Source: Paragordius varius (Eukaryota; Animalia; Nematomorpha). Taken from it: DNA of 64,000 bases. Below the pieces are notes generated by a model that was given only the letters and a program-made list of their open reading frames with translations, did not search any database and was not told the DNA's origin. Shown here one piece after another: positions 29,101 to 40,000 of this stretch (position 1 is its first letter; each line of letters starts with the position of its first letter). A program made the position numbers and the translations under genes. The DNA lies in contig OZ176051.1 in assembly GCA_964247055.1 (NCBI GenBank), positions 8,308,001 through 8,372,000 of the forward strand, given 5' to 3'.

Positions 29101-31918
29101 AAATTAAGGGCCTAACTATTTTTGATTATTTTTTATTAACATTTTAGTCATTGATAAAACCTTCTTATCAAATTTATTTGGTTTTTTTTTCATGATTATT
29201 ATATACCATTTGCAATTGAAATTCACCCTCAAATAAAATATGTGTTTTAATAAGATTAAAAATTACCTATATTTTTAAAAAATAAAAATTTTGTTTTAAA
29301 TTAAAATAATACTGAAAATAAACTATGTCATAAAGTTATATTTTATATTAATAATGAGTTATATTAGTTCGAAAACACATTATTATTTTTTAGGGTGAAT
29401 TTGATTTGTTCAAGGGTGATTTTGAATTGTTTAAAGGTGAATTTGAACTGTAAATGGTATATTAAATTACCTTTAAGGTATGGTATTCATAAATGTTTGT
29501 AAAATCTTTAATAGATTATACTTAAATATTCATATATAAATCTTTAAAACGAATAACTACTTATAAATCTCTGGTAAAAAATTTATTATAGACTTAGTAT
29601 TTACTATTATACTAAATTTTACCACCAATAATATTTTGGTTTGATTTTTTAGCTTAGTTTATTGTTCAAATAAAAGTTCCCCAAAATTAATAAAATACAT
29701 ATTATATAGTATCCCTGGAAAATATTGTGACTGATGTCACCGATCTAACCAAAGGGATGGATGATTTAACGCGGGAATATGGAATCCGTAAGAATCAGCC
29801 TTTAGCGCCCTCTGCTAATAGTCGCGAGACCCTAACACTCATCGAAGAGTTTATGGCTAACGCTCAGGATCGACTCAATAAAGTCCGCTCTGAGACTAAA
29901 ACTGCCCAGGTATTATTGTTTTTTTTTCAATAAAGAACTATATATCTTATATAAAAAAGTGTTACAAGTTTGATAAATTATTTGCAATAAAATATTTTAT
30001 GGGTGGGATTATTTTCATGAGTTTTTTTTACAAAACCAAACAATGTATGTTTACATAAAAAAATGGGGTCTTGATTCCATTACATTGTATTATATGGTTA
30101 AACTTAGCCTACCTAAAAATAGTCATAGCAACTATACACATACATTAAATATTAAAATTATACGGACAAAATGTAAAAATATAAAGATAAAAGCTTTTTT
30201 TCAAAAAACAACCATACTTTTTATACCTTAATCTCTCTCTTATAAAAAAACATTTAATATGAATCGTAAAATACAGAATTGATTGTGTTCCCAAATTACA
30301 TTACAATATTATACTTTGCAGTTTAAAACAACGAGTAATATTTAAAAAAAACAAGATTGAAAAAGTATGGCTGTCTTTTAAATAGAAAAATATTTGTCTT
30401 TATATTTTCACATTTTGTCCGTATATTTTTAATTTTCACAGTAAAAGTAGTTTAATGTTTCATTTTGAATGAAATATTTCATAAATAACTTAGAAAGTAA
30501 AATAATTTAGTAATCACTTTTTACCCAGCGGTTCAAAAAACACAGTTTAAGATATAAATCATATATATTTTATGTTTAATTTTATCAAAAAGGATTCTTA
30601 CAATGAGGTTGTTGAATATTTTGGAGAATCTCCAAAAGCCTTACCACCCAATTCATTTTTCCCCCTTTTTGTCCGGTTTATGAAGCAATTTAAGGTTAAA
30701 AAATTTTTTTTAATTATATTTGATTCAAAGGAATTTTTTTATAATCTTATTAAATTTTAGTAATTTGAATTTGAAAGATTTGTTTAATTTTGTAAATTTT
30801 TATTTTATATATATAATTGGTGCTTTTTAGCAAGCTCTATATGACAATGAACAAGTCGAAATGCGTAAAGTAATTATAATATCATTTTATTTTTCAAATA
30901 AAATTAATCTTTTTTTCTGGAATTTTTGTATGATAAATATTTTTTAGAAGGGTGTTTCAAATGACTCTTGTCATAGTAATAATCAAACATCAAAGGGACG
31001 TGATAGCAATAAAAGATCATTTTACAAAGTATAAAACGCCCCTTTTTTAATAATATTTTTTGAAATTATTTTTAATCAATTATAATTTTTTCACATAATT
31101 TTTTTCATTTTAGATTAATACAGTATCAAACAACAATGCCCAAACTGGTAAATTATTAATATCATCATTCGGTTGTTTTAATAAATTTTTATTGGATTCA
31201 TTATTAAATATAGTATTTAATTAAATTTTCATTTCTAAAAATGCATAAAAAATACTATTTTTTATTTAAATATCCTCGTCTATAGCACACGTTAAAACAA
31301 AAGACAATCCAAATATGGTGAACGGCCATCACGCAAACCCCAAAGATCAAACAAATGAAATGTCTGAGAATTTTGGGGACCTTAGTTTACTCAGTAATTA
31401 CAGTGTTAAGAAGTTAAGTCAAGATCAAGTTTATCATGGCGCTCTTGAAGATATTTTAACCGGTAAGTTAATTTTTTTTTCCAAAAAAAATTAGTAAAAA
31501 TTAGAAATATAAAGCGCAGAATGAAAAAGGGTAAAAAAATCAAGTGTAAACTATTCTGAAAAAGCTGTCCTAAGTAAAAACTTGTTACAAAGTTTGATTT
31601 TTAAATAGCCGCCCATAAGAATACAGCAACTCATGGTTAAGAATTTTTAACTCCATAATTTGTTGTACTAATCACATTTAAGCCATATAGAAAAAATAGG
31701 TCTCTAATCCATTTAACCTAATAAAATAGTTGAAAATCTTTATTAAAATTAAATTAACTGTTCATATAAAAATACGTTTTTACGCCTTAGCTCCGTATTT
31801 CATATCATTTTAAACCTCTTTTCTTATTACCTACTTTATTATTATAGATCTTAAGAAAGAACCATTCAGAGTAGCAGATATGCCAAGAAAATCCACTATA
31901 ATTTACACAAAAACTTAA
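10198..31918 (+). CDS. FMNL: Formin-like protein (FMNL/Frl subfamily): GBD/FH3, reduced FH1, FH2, DAD; 32 exons traced, 5'-most exon uncertain
   Basis: Exons with GT-AG and matching phase: 10198-10297, 10395-10478, 15917-16003, 16077-16159, 16240-16326, 16411-16469, 17256-17359, 17573-17720, 17974-18016, 18350-18743, 19229-19305, 19397-19490, 20278-20586, 21166-21315, 21633-21681, 21766-21818, 22165-22272, 22964-23236, 24221-24371, 25240-25364, 25759-26068, 26807-26934, 27500-27664, 28153-28302, 28790-28922, 29710-29909, 30593-30694, 30831-30869, 30948-31028, 31114-31147, 31286-31462, 31848-31918 (TAA). FMNL-like motifs: [10 protein letters not shown]|[155 protein letters not shown]-like GALEDILT. 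The start is either ATG 10232 or an upstream exon that was not located. Confidence 0.95.
13478..13745. mobile_element. MITE family A copy
   Basis: TA-TACCATTTACACGTCAAATTCACCC...AAGGGTAAATTTGAATT. Confidence 0.7.
14774..15013. mobile_element. MITE family B copy
   Basis: TA-CGGTAAAAATTGAAACTATACGGACAAAA...CAATTTTTACTG-TA. Confidence 0.7.
16906..17187. mobile_element. MITE family B (Tc1-like TIR CAGTAAAA-TTGAAATTATACGGACAAAA), TA-flanked
   Basis: TA-CAGTAAACTGAAAATATACGGACAAAA...TTTTGTCCGTATAATTTCAATTTTTACTG-TA. Confidence 0.8.
20832..21079. mobile_element. MITE family A copy
   Basis: TA-TACCATTTACAATTCAAATTCACC...AGGGTGAATTTTAACTATAAATGGTA. Confidence 0.75.
22449..22659. mobile_element. hAT-type MITE
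   Basis: CAGGGGTG...GCGGCCC...GTTGGACACCCCCCTG; 8-bp flanks GTTTATAT / GTTTAAAT (7/8 match). Confidence 0.7.
23637..23806. mobile_element. MITE family A copy (degenerate)
   Basis: Right end AGGGTGAATATGAAGTGTAAATGGTA-TA; left end eroded. Confidence 0.6.
24903..25140. mobile_element. MITE family A copy (degenerate right end)
   Basis: TACCATTT...AAATTCACCCTAAAA...TAGGGTGCATTTGAATTG. Confidence 0.7.
29204..29459. mobile_element. MITE family A copy in formin intron
   Basis: TA-TACCATTTGCA...CTGTAAATGGTA-TA. Confidence 0.8.
30140..30442. mobile_element. MITE family B copy
   Basis: AAATTATACGGACAAAATG...CATTTTGTCCGTATAT inverted ends plus the shared internal sequence. Confidence 0.7.
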
Positions 31919-32559
31919 AATCTCCTCCAATTTTTGCCAATTTATAGTATATTTAACTGTTTTTTTTTGAATCATTTTATATATTACAATATGCATTGTA
32001 CCAAAGATTTTATCTATGCTTTTATAATTAATTTATTACTTAGTTTTTATTTTTCATGTAAAAATAATTTATTTAATCAAACAAAAGGGCCATTATTAAA
32101 TACTGAACCATTTTTAGCTTTTTTTTAAATAATTTCAATCAATAAATCACACTGCCACTATTTATTTTTAAGCATTTATATATACATTTTTACTTATATG
32201 TTACCAGTTCTTACATCACACATATAATTTTTATACATTTTTTATACGCTATCTGAATAAATTTATAATTGAATAATATATGGTGAATTTATTGTAATTC
32301 CTTAAATGTTTTCAATCAACTCGAGTTTAAAGTTGCAAATAAAATAGAGAAAAAAATCTTTCATTAAATATATCGATTTGTTCATATTACCATTTGATAG
32401 TAAATGGTTTTTACTTTATAATCCTACAAATAAAAATGAATATTTGAATGGGTGTTGTCCAAACTCATAGGCTAATATAAAATATAATTAAAAAATTATT
32501 AGAAATATGGTAAATAAAGGAATTTTTTACCGAACGTATTTTTTATATTGGCCTCTAGA

Positions 32560-33675
32560 TAGGGGTCTACCCGCCCACAACTGCGCCACTATTACAGCGT
32601 GATTTGGAGGCAAATTTTAGAAAACTTTTCAAGCCATATGAGTTCAATAAGGGCTTGAAATATTACCCGTAGAAGGCAAAAATTTAAGTAGAGCGGTTTT
32701 ATTAAATTACCCCTTAATTAGGCCCTTGCACTGAAAAAAGCGCCACCATAGAATGATTTTTTGGTTTTGAGGAAATTTTTCAAAAATCCTACGAGAGCAT
32801 ATGGAATCAATAATGATTACAGATATTACCCGAATTAAGCCAAAAATTTTAATTGAGCATTTTTTTGTTTCACCCTTTGTTAGGGGGCTACCCGCATAAA
32901 ACTGCGACACCATATCATCGACAGCATGCCTTTGGAGCAATTTCAGAAATCCCATGAGACTATGTAAGTTCAATAAGGACCTTTTAAAACCAAATACTTC
33001 AGTATAGGAGGTTATTTTCGATAAGTAAAGTTGTACGCCCAGAAAAATGCGCCGCCATAGAACAATTTTTTGGTTTTGAAGCAATATTTCCAATAACTTA
33101 TAGGAACATATGGAATCCATGATAATTCCAGATATTCCCCATATAAAGGCAAAAATTTTGCCCAACGCTTTTTTATATCTTCCCCTGGGTAAGGAGCTAT
33201 CCGCCAAAAACTGCACCACTATATAAAAATTGCGTTGTTTTGGAGCTAATTTACAGAAAATTCATAAAGCCATATGAGCTCACTAAAAGCTTGAAATATT
33301 ACCCGTAGCTAGGTAAAAATTAAGGTCAGGCGTTTTTTATTAGCCGTTAATATGGGGCCTTTATGCATAATACGATCATATAACGATTATTTAGTGTTAA
33401 GTTATTTTTTCGGATGGTATCAAAGATTATTCCAAATATTTGCCCTATAAAGGCAAAGAATTTACCTTAGCGCTTTTTCCATATAGGTCGGTAGGGGTTT
33501 ACCGGTTTAAAACTGAGACGGCATACAAAAATGGCGTGGCTTTGAAGCTATTTTTTAAAAAACTTAAGAGGCCATACGTGTTCAATAAAGGCTTTAAATT
33601 ATACCCATAAAAAGGTAAAAATTATAGTATAGCGGTTTTTCCCGTTATACTTCAATTTAGGGCCTTCACACCAGT
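32560..33675. repeat. Diverged ~300-320-bp tandem array (~3.5 units)
   Basis: Units begin TAGGGGTCTACCCGC-like at 32560, 32881, 33190 and 33492, each with AAACTGCGCCAC and CATATGAGTTCAATAAGG-like motifs. Confidence 0.8.
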
Positions 33676-34635
33676 AAACAATAATAGGATGGGTAAGGTT
33701 AAATTATACCAACAAAATATATCAATTCGGCCTGCCTGATTTGAATTTTTATTACAGAAATAGCTTATCTAGGGCGGGATTATTAATGATATGAACTCCA
33801 AATGATGTTATTTGAGGCCAGGAATTATTCTATTAATGTTATCTAAACACTATTTTGAATCTGGGTTAGGCCTTAGCAAATTATTTAATGATCAGGCCTA
33901 ATTAGGAATTGGTGAGATAGGCACTTAAATACGACAACTTGGAGATTTTTTTACGGCATTACAAAATGGTCAAATCTCATTAAAGCGATCAACTGCATCA
34001 CAGGTTATGCATTAATATATATATATATATAGATATAGGAAACGAATATATGTAAGTCAAATCTCTTTACTCCATAAAAATTCTACATGTCTTTTTTATT
34101 ATTTATATAACCGATGTCAAAAATAAAGCTTTTTTGCACGTTTCACCCAGCAATTGCTTATGTTTTTTATACTAAGATATTTGCTGAATATATATTTTTT
34201 TGTTAACATTGTTAAAATTTGGTATTTGGGGCCTTTATACCCTTAAACCTGCTCAACAATGTTTTTGAGGCTATTTTTCGCCAAAATTACAAGATCATAA
34301 TAAATTTAGGAGTGCAGATCGCGTATAAAAGAAAAAATTTTCCCCCCCAAGAAATCAGAAGGACTTCCTCGGGGTAGCTGCCCTTTACACTAGTTGGTAT
34401 TATAAATTATTAATGTTTGGAGGCTATGACTAAAACCTTCTTTAATTCTCTTGGTGGGAATACCTATCAAAATTAACCTTTGTTTGATAATAATAATCAT
34501 TCTTATTTTTTTAAAAAAAATAAAACTATTTAAAAAATTTATATTTTACAAATATGGCTTGTAATTTATTTTTTCATTATTTCATTTTTACAATAAATAA
34601 ATATATATGGAGTTATTAATGCCGAAAAATTATAG

Positions 34636-37008
34636 TTATGTACAGGCGGGACAATTAAATATTTCCGGATTCGTTTTCGATTGAGATGTTTTTGTGACTT
34701 TGGTGTAACAAAAAGGATGAATATATATTTGACATTTCGGGCATTCAACATACTAAAATTTTTAAATGTAATATCTGAATTTTGCAAAAAAATAAAATAA
34801 TATTTTTACAGAAATATATTTACAATTTTAATTAAATTCAAACATTTTAATCCATTTACAATATGAATTTACCCTTAAACAATTCGATATCACCCTTAAA
34901 CAATTCGATATCACCCTTAAACAATTCAAATTCACTCTAAAAATAAATTATGTGTTTTTGGTTTAATATAATTCATCATTAATATGAAAATATCTTAATG
35001 GCATAGTTTATTATTTTATTAAACAAAACATTAATAAGTAATTTTAAATCTTAAAAACATAACTTATTTTAGGGTGAATTTGAATTGCTAAGGTAAATTT
35101 GAATAATGGTACACTATTGTCAATGAAATAAATTGATATGGAAGCTTAAAAATTACATATGAGCGCGCATGAAAACTTTTAATATCTAGCCTATTCGAAA
35201 TAACAAATTTATCGTATATTGGGCTCGGTAAAAGTCAATTTAAAATAATTTATATTTTTAAATTAAACAATTATTCCAAAATACCCATATCCCTATCACT
35301 TAAAATAAAACATTCTTTTCGTAAAATACATTTTTTTCACATGTAAATTTTTTAAGTTTTTTAAACAAAAGTATTGATGACAATTAAAAATTGTAATAAT
35401 CATAATAATAATGAATAAACAAAATCCAATTTTTAAGAATAACCAACAAACTTTATTTGTTTAAATTTTATTTTTAAAAAAAATAAAATTAATTTACTTG
35501 TACTGCAATATTGTGGCAAATATGACATTTCCTAACCCTGTCACCCATAAGCTCTAAGATATGAGATTCGAATTCAAGGATAGAGCGTTGACTTAAATAG
35601 TATATACATTTTTCCTAAATAAAATTAATAATTTTATTTAATCATGATTATATTATTAAAAATAAATTAAAATATATTATTTAATAAAATATATATCTAT
35701 AATACCATTAACTAAAAAAATTTATTTAGCACTCGATTCAAATTAGAGTCTCTAAATACCACAGACAATATTTAAATTTATATTTTTAAAAAACTACGAA
35801 AAAACGGTTCCAATTTCGATTTTTGCTTCGATTCTAATATAAATTATAAGCCAAAAATTTAAATAAAAATTAGTTTTAAAAAAAAGTTCCGTATCAAACT
35901 ACTTCGGCGCCATTTTTACTTTACAACATTTTTGCCAAATATAGTGTTAAAATAATTCTGAGGCTTAAATTAAGTTTATTTTTTTATTAAAATATTTAAT
36001 AATATAAACAGAAAAAGTGATATACATCATTTAGCTTATGGACATATGTCAGGTTGGGTAAATTTTTACCTTTGGGAATTACCTCTGAATAAATATCAAG
36101 TATTGAAAAAAATTTTGTTTCGGGTTATTTATGTTATATAAGTGCAAAATATTGCCATGGTTTTAATTCATACCATTTTTTTGAAATATTTAATTTTAAA
36201 CAAGCCTGGGGTATCCAACCACCCCAATTTGAATTGAAGGACTGAAATGGTAAAGACGCAAAAATACTCAAAAAGATTTTAGAAAAATTAAAATTTGCTA
36301 GAAAGATGTTAGCAGTTAATAATATTTTAATTAGGTGATTAAAAAATTTGTTAGAATTAAGCACAATATATTTAACCAGGTAAAGCGTAATAAAATAACG
36401 CTTTTGGAACGCTTAAAAATTCCATTTTTTTAAATAAAGAGTGTCTCTCTAATAATAGACTTATATTTTGTGATTATCCCTAAATCCATAGATTATAAAT
36501 GACAGATAAATATAACAAAAAATTTACTTTAACTAGATAGCCTTCTTCGACTAATTGGGTGATCCATGTATCACAGGGATTAAATAGACCTTTTTCCAAG
36601 ATTTTTCTTGTTATAAACCCTCTTTTCTGAACAAAATATTTCATCTTAAAATATAAGATAGGAAAAAACTAAGATAGCAAATTTCCGCATTTTTACACGA
36701 TCAAAGGTTAAATTTTGAGATTGGCTTAAATCGTTGTTAATCTAAATTTTTATTCGCAATCATTACCAGTATATAAAACTGTTTTCCATTTATCTCATCG
36801 TTAGATTTTTTTATAATTAGGCCCAAAGGATGCAAACTCTTATTTAAATTTTCCATAAGTTGTTTTACCTTAGCTTGAATGACATTCTTTTCTAAATCTG
36901 AAAATAAACCATTTAAATACCAGGTCCGTATAATTGTTTACACAAATTCAATACTTTATCGGTCGATAATACTGGATTTGCAAATATAGTTTGCAAAGCA
37001 TGATCCAT
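34636..37008 (-). CDS. NSMCE1: Non-structural maintenance of chromosomes element 1 (NSE1, SMC5/6 RING subunit), ~213 aa, 6 exons
   Basis: Minus-strand exons 37008-36921, 36897-36767, 36741-36670, 36644-36528, 35614-35498, 34752-34636 (642 nt, open to TAA). Protein: MDHALQTIFANPVL...LMENLNKSLHPLGLIIKKSNDEINGKQFYIL|INN...YFVQKRGFITRKIL...WITQLVEEGYLVK|EKCIYYLSQRSILEFESHILELMGDRVRKCHICHNIAVQ|YVECPKCQIYIHPFCY...FNCPACT*. The C4HC3 RING variant and the 'RSILEFE' segment match recalled NSE1 (human HGRAILEMEQYI...ICNICHSLLIQ). Confidence 0.9.
34850..35111. mobile_element. MITE family A copy in NSE1 intron 5
   Basis: Three 21-bp tandem units starting at 34871, 34892 and 34913; right end AATGGTA. Confidence 0.75.
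36645..36669 (-). other. 25-nt GT-AG micro-intron (NSE1 intron 3)
   Basis: gttttttcctatcttatattttaag; removal joins FAIL|MKYFVQKRGF, retention reads into TAA. Confidence 0.8.
36742..36766 (-). other. 25-nt GT-AG micro-intron (NSE1 intron 2)
   Basis: gtaatgattgcgaataaaaatttag; removal joins FYIL|INND, retention frameshifts into a stop. Confidence 0.85.
36898..36920 (-). other. 23-nt GT-AG micro-intron (NSE1 intron 1)
   Basis: gtatttaaatggtttattttcag; retention gives an immediate TAA, removal joins YGP|DLEK in frame. Confidence 0.85.
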
Positions 37009-37086
37009 GATTTTTTTTGAATTTGGTTTTAAATATTAACCCACAAATGTTAAATCAAATGATATTTACCTAAACACGTTTTGATA

Positions 37087-40000
37087 ATGCATTTATCTCA
37101 AAACAAACCCTTGTGTACGTTTGAAGATTTTATGGATTGGAAATTTGACAAACCTGCTTATAATTATATACCATTAAAATTAAAAAAGAAATTGCTTATA
37201 GACTGTCCCAAAACTTTAGTTTGTCATGATTATGCAGGAGGTTACAGGGATGATAGGTTACCAGGAGTAAATTATTGTAGCTTAGATTTTGTCAAGGAAC
37301 CAACTCTTATTGTGATTACCGATTTGATTATTGGCCTTATATTGATGGATTCATATACTTTAGTCATTGTTTTATCACTATCCCTCCTTCAGGTTGGATA
37401 AGCGCTGCGCATACAAATGGTGTGCCGATTTATGGTAAGGATGATTTGAACGTTTTCACCTTGCTATTTTGAAATATAATCCAGGGGTTTCCAACACAAA
37501 CGGCTTCGTGGACCGAGTGTTGAACACCCTGATCTAATCTCTCAATATTTTTTGATTGGTTATATCGTTTTTTAATGGATTCGATTTAATTATGTTTTGG
37601 TTTAAAGTTATATTCCAGTCGTTATCAAAAAAATAAAGGGCCGAAAAAAACTTTTTCTTAGAGCGATAATACCGTAACACACCTGTTAACACTCCAGATA
37701 TTTGTAATCCAAATAAGTACATCAAATAATTTATTAAATATAAGGCAATTAAAAACACTTTTAGGGCCGACGTTTCGGTACCACAGTTCTATTATTCAAA
37801 AATTTTTGTAATTATAAATCTTTTTTTTGCCTCAGGTTTTGAATCCATCGATTTTTTAAAACGGTTCTGGACCTTATCGTTTCTGTTATGCAATCAATCG
37901 ATTTCGTCAAGCTTCCATTTTTTATCCAATTTTTTGAATATGAATAAATCCTGTTTTTCAGAAATGTGATTGATTAGCTGTATAAGCTTAAGCAGATGAA
38001 GCCCGAAAACTTTATTGTAACCTACTTTTCCCAAAAAGAAATATATTTTTATTGTTAAATTATATGGATAAAATTATCACCACCATAAAACCGAAAGGCT
38101 TCAATCGCAATATGGCTAAAATAACAATTGTTCACATTTTGAATTTAAGGTCATAAAATGCTTTTTTTGGTTTTGGCCTAATATCATAAATAACCAGTAA
38201 AATTGAAATTATACGGACAACACGTAAAAATTTAAAGACAAATATTTATTTGAAAAGCCTACCATTCTTTTTCAAACCTTAAATTTTTCTATATAAGATA
38301 TTTAATTAAGATTGCAAAATATAAAATTAATTTAATATTTATTCTCACACTTGCATCAAAAAATAGAGATTTCAAAATTATGGCTCTTTTTTAGAAAAAA
38401 ATTATTTATATTTTTACCTTTCCGCATAATTTTAATTTTTATTGTATTTTAATGCAATAAGTTTATAGAGTAAAAAAAATAACCAAAGGTTAATTGCCAC
38501 CCAAATATTCTAAAGACTAATATATATATATATATGTATTCTTTTTTAGGCACTATCATAACTGAAAATGCCGATGGACTTTTGTGTTGTGAAAAAATGT
38601 TTTCTAGCATAGAAATTGCTCATTTCGTAGCAGAACGATTGGTTCAAATAGCCTTGGATTATAACTTTGATGGTTGGTTACTAAACATTGAGAATTGTCT
38701 TACGAAATTATCGAATGTTACGGGGGGCAAAAATAATTTGCTAATGACCAATCTAATGTGGTTTTGTAAATATTTAACACAAGCCATGCATAAAACCATC
38801 CCACATTCTATGGTGAGTGTTTGCGCTAATATATTTTTTTATTATAAAATAAAAAGATTTTTGCTCCATTTTAAGATGGCTGTTTTTAAATGATATGATT
38901 TCTCTAATAGCAATTTGAATACCTGTTAAATATGAATATCATATTTTTGTACATTTAGTTTTCTCTATATATCAAATTATTAATAAATAATTATGGGAAA
39001 AATATATAATAGTTTCAAAATTTTATGAAAAATTTGCTATATTATTTAATTAAAATGTATCCCTGGTTAACCAATTGTTATATTAAATTTACCAAAAAAA
39101 ATTAGAATCACCTCTTCTAAAAAATATGATCTAATAGTGTTCTCCTTTTTCATCCTTCTAATTATGTTTTATTTATAAAGGCATAACACATTGCCACAAA
39201 AATTAAATAATTGGATTGAATAATACATTAAAGGATATATTTTTTTGGAAAAATTGTTAAGATACAATTTTTTAATTTTGTATTTATTACTAGCGTTCTC
39301 GTGCTGCTACGCAGCCCGATTTCTGGGGAGGGGGGGGGTTCGAAGGTTGGATTTGATACCGGTTTTCCGGCACCAGATCACAAAGTTACATGAGGAATCA
39401 GTTTTTAGCGGGTAGCTCATTACCCAGCAGCTATCATGAAAGAAACGCCTGACTAAAATTTTTGTCTTTTAACAGGCAATACGAAAAATCTTTCTCGAAT
39501 TTTTACAGTCTCATACCGTGGGCAAAAAAATACAATCAAAAAAATATTTTTGTGGACTTTGTTTTTTTTGAAAAAAATGGCATTTTACGGGGGGAGCGGG
39601 TAAAAAGAGGGCCTAAATCAAAAAAGTGACTCGACCATGTTCAGCGCGATCAAAAATAAGTAAACAAAAATCATATTTGAAATTGAATGGTCCAACACGT
39701 TTTCCAAAAAATTGACTTAACCCATTTTTCACACGGGGTGGGCCCGAACTGGGGGCCTATTTTAAAAAAAGGGCGAAGCTATTGCCGGGGCATTCATTAA
39801 TGATTAAATTCTTTCGATGTTTAGATTTGAATGAGTTTACCGATTTTTCGGAAACAGATCACAAATTTACATGAGAAATCAGTTTTTAGCGGGTAGCTCC
39901 TTACCCAGCAGCTATCATCAAAGAAACGCCTGACTAAAATTTTTGCCTTTTATCAGGGAATACGTGGAGTCCATATTGAATTTTTACGGTCTCATACCTA

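Noticed and set aside
32707-33219. 170-aa minus-strand ORF
   Set aside because: Lies wholly in the ~310-bp tandem array; its internal peptide repeat mirrors the DNA repeat, and it has no recognisable domain.
34871-34935. CRISPR-like 21-bp repeats
   Set aside because: Contiguous tandem units with no spacers, inside a MITE arm in a eukaryotic intron; no cas genes.
36879-36923. Upstream ENGase exon MTFFSKSENKPFKYQ ending at a GT donor
   Set aside because: No compatible acceptor before 37087, and the segment is the antisense of NSE1 coding and intron sequence.
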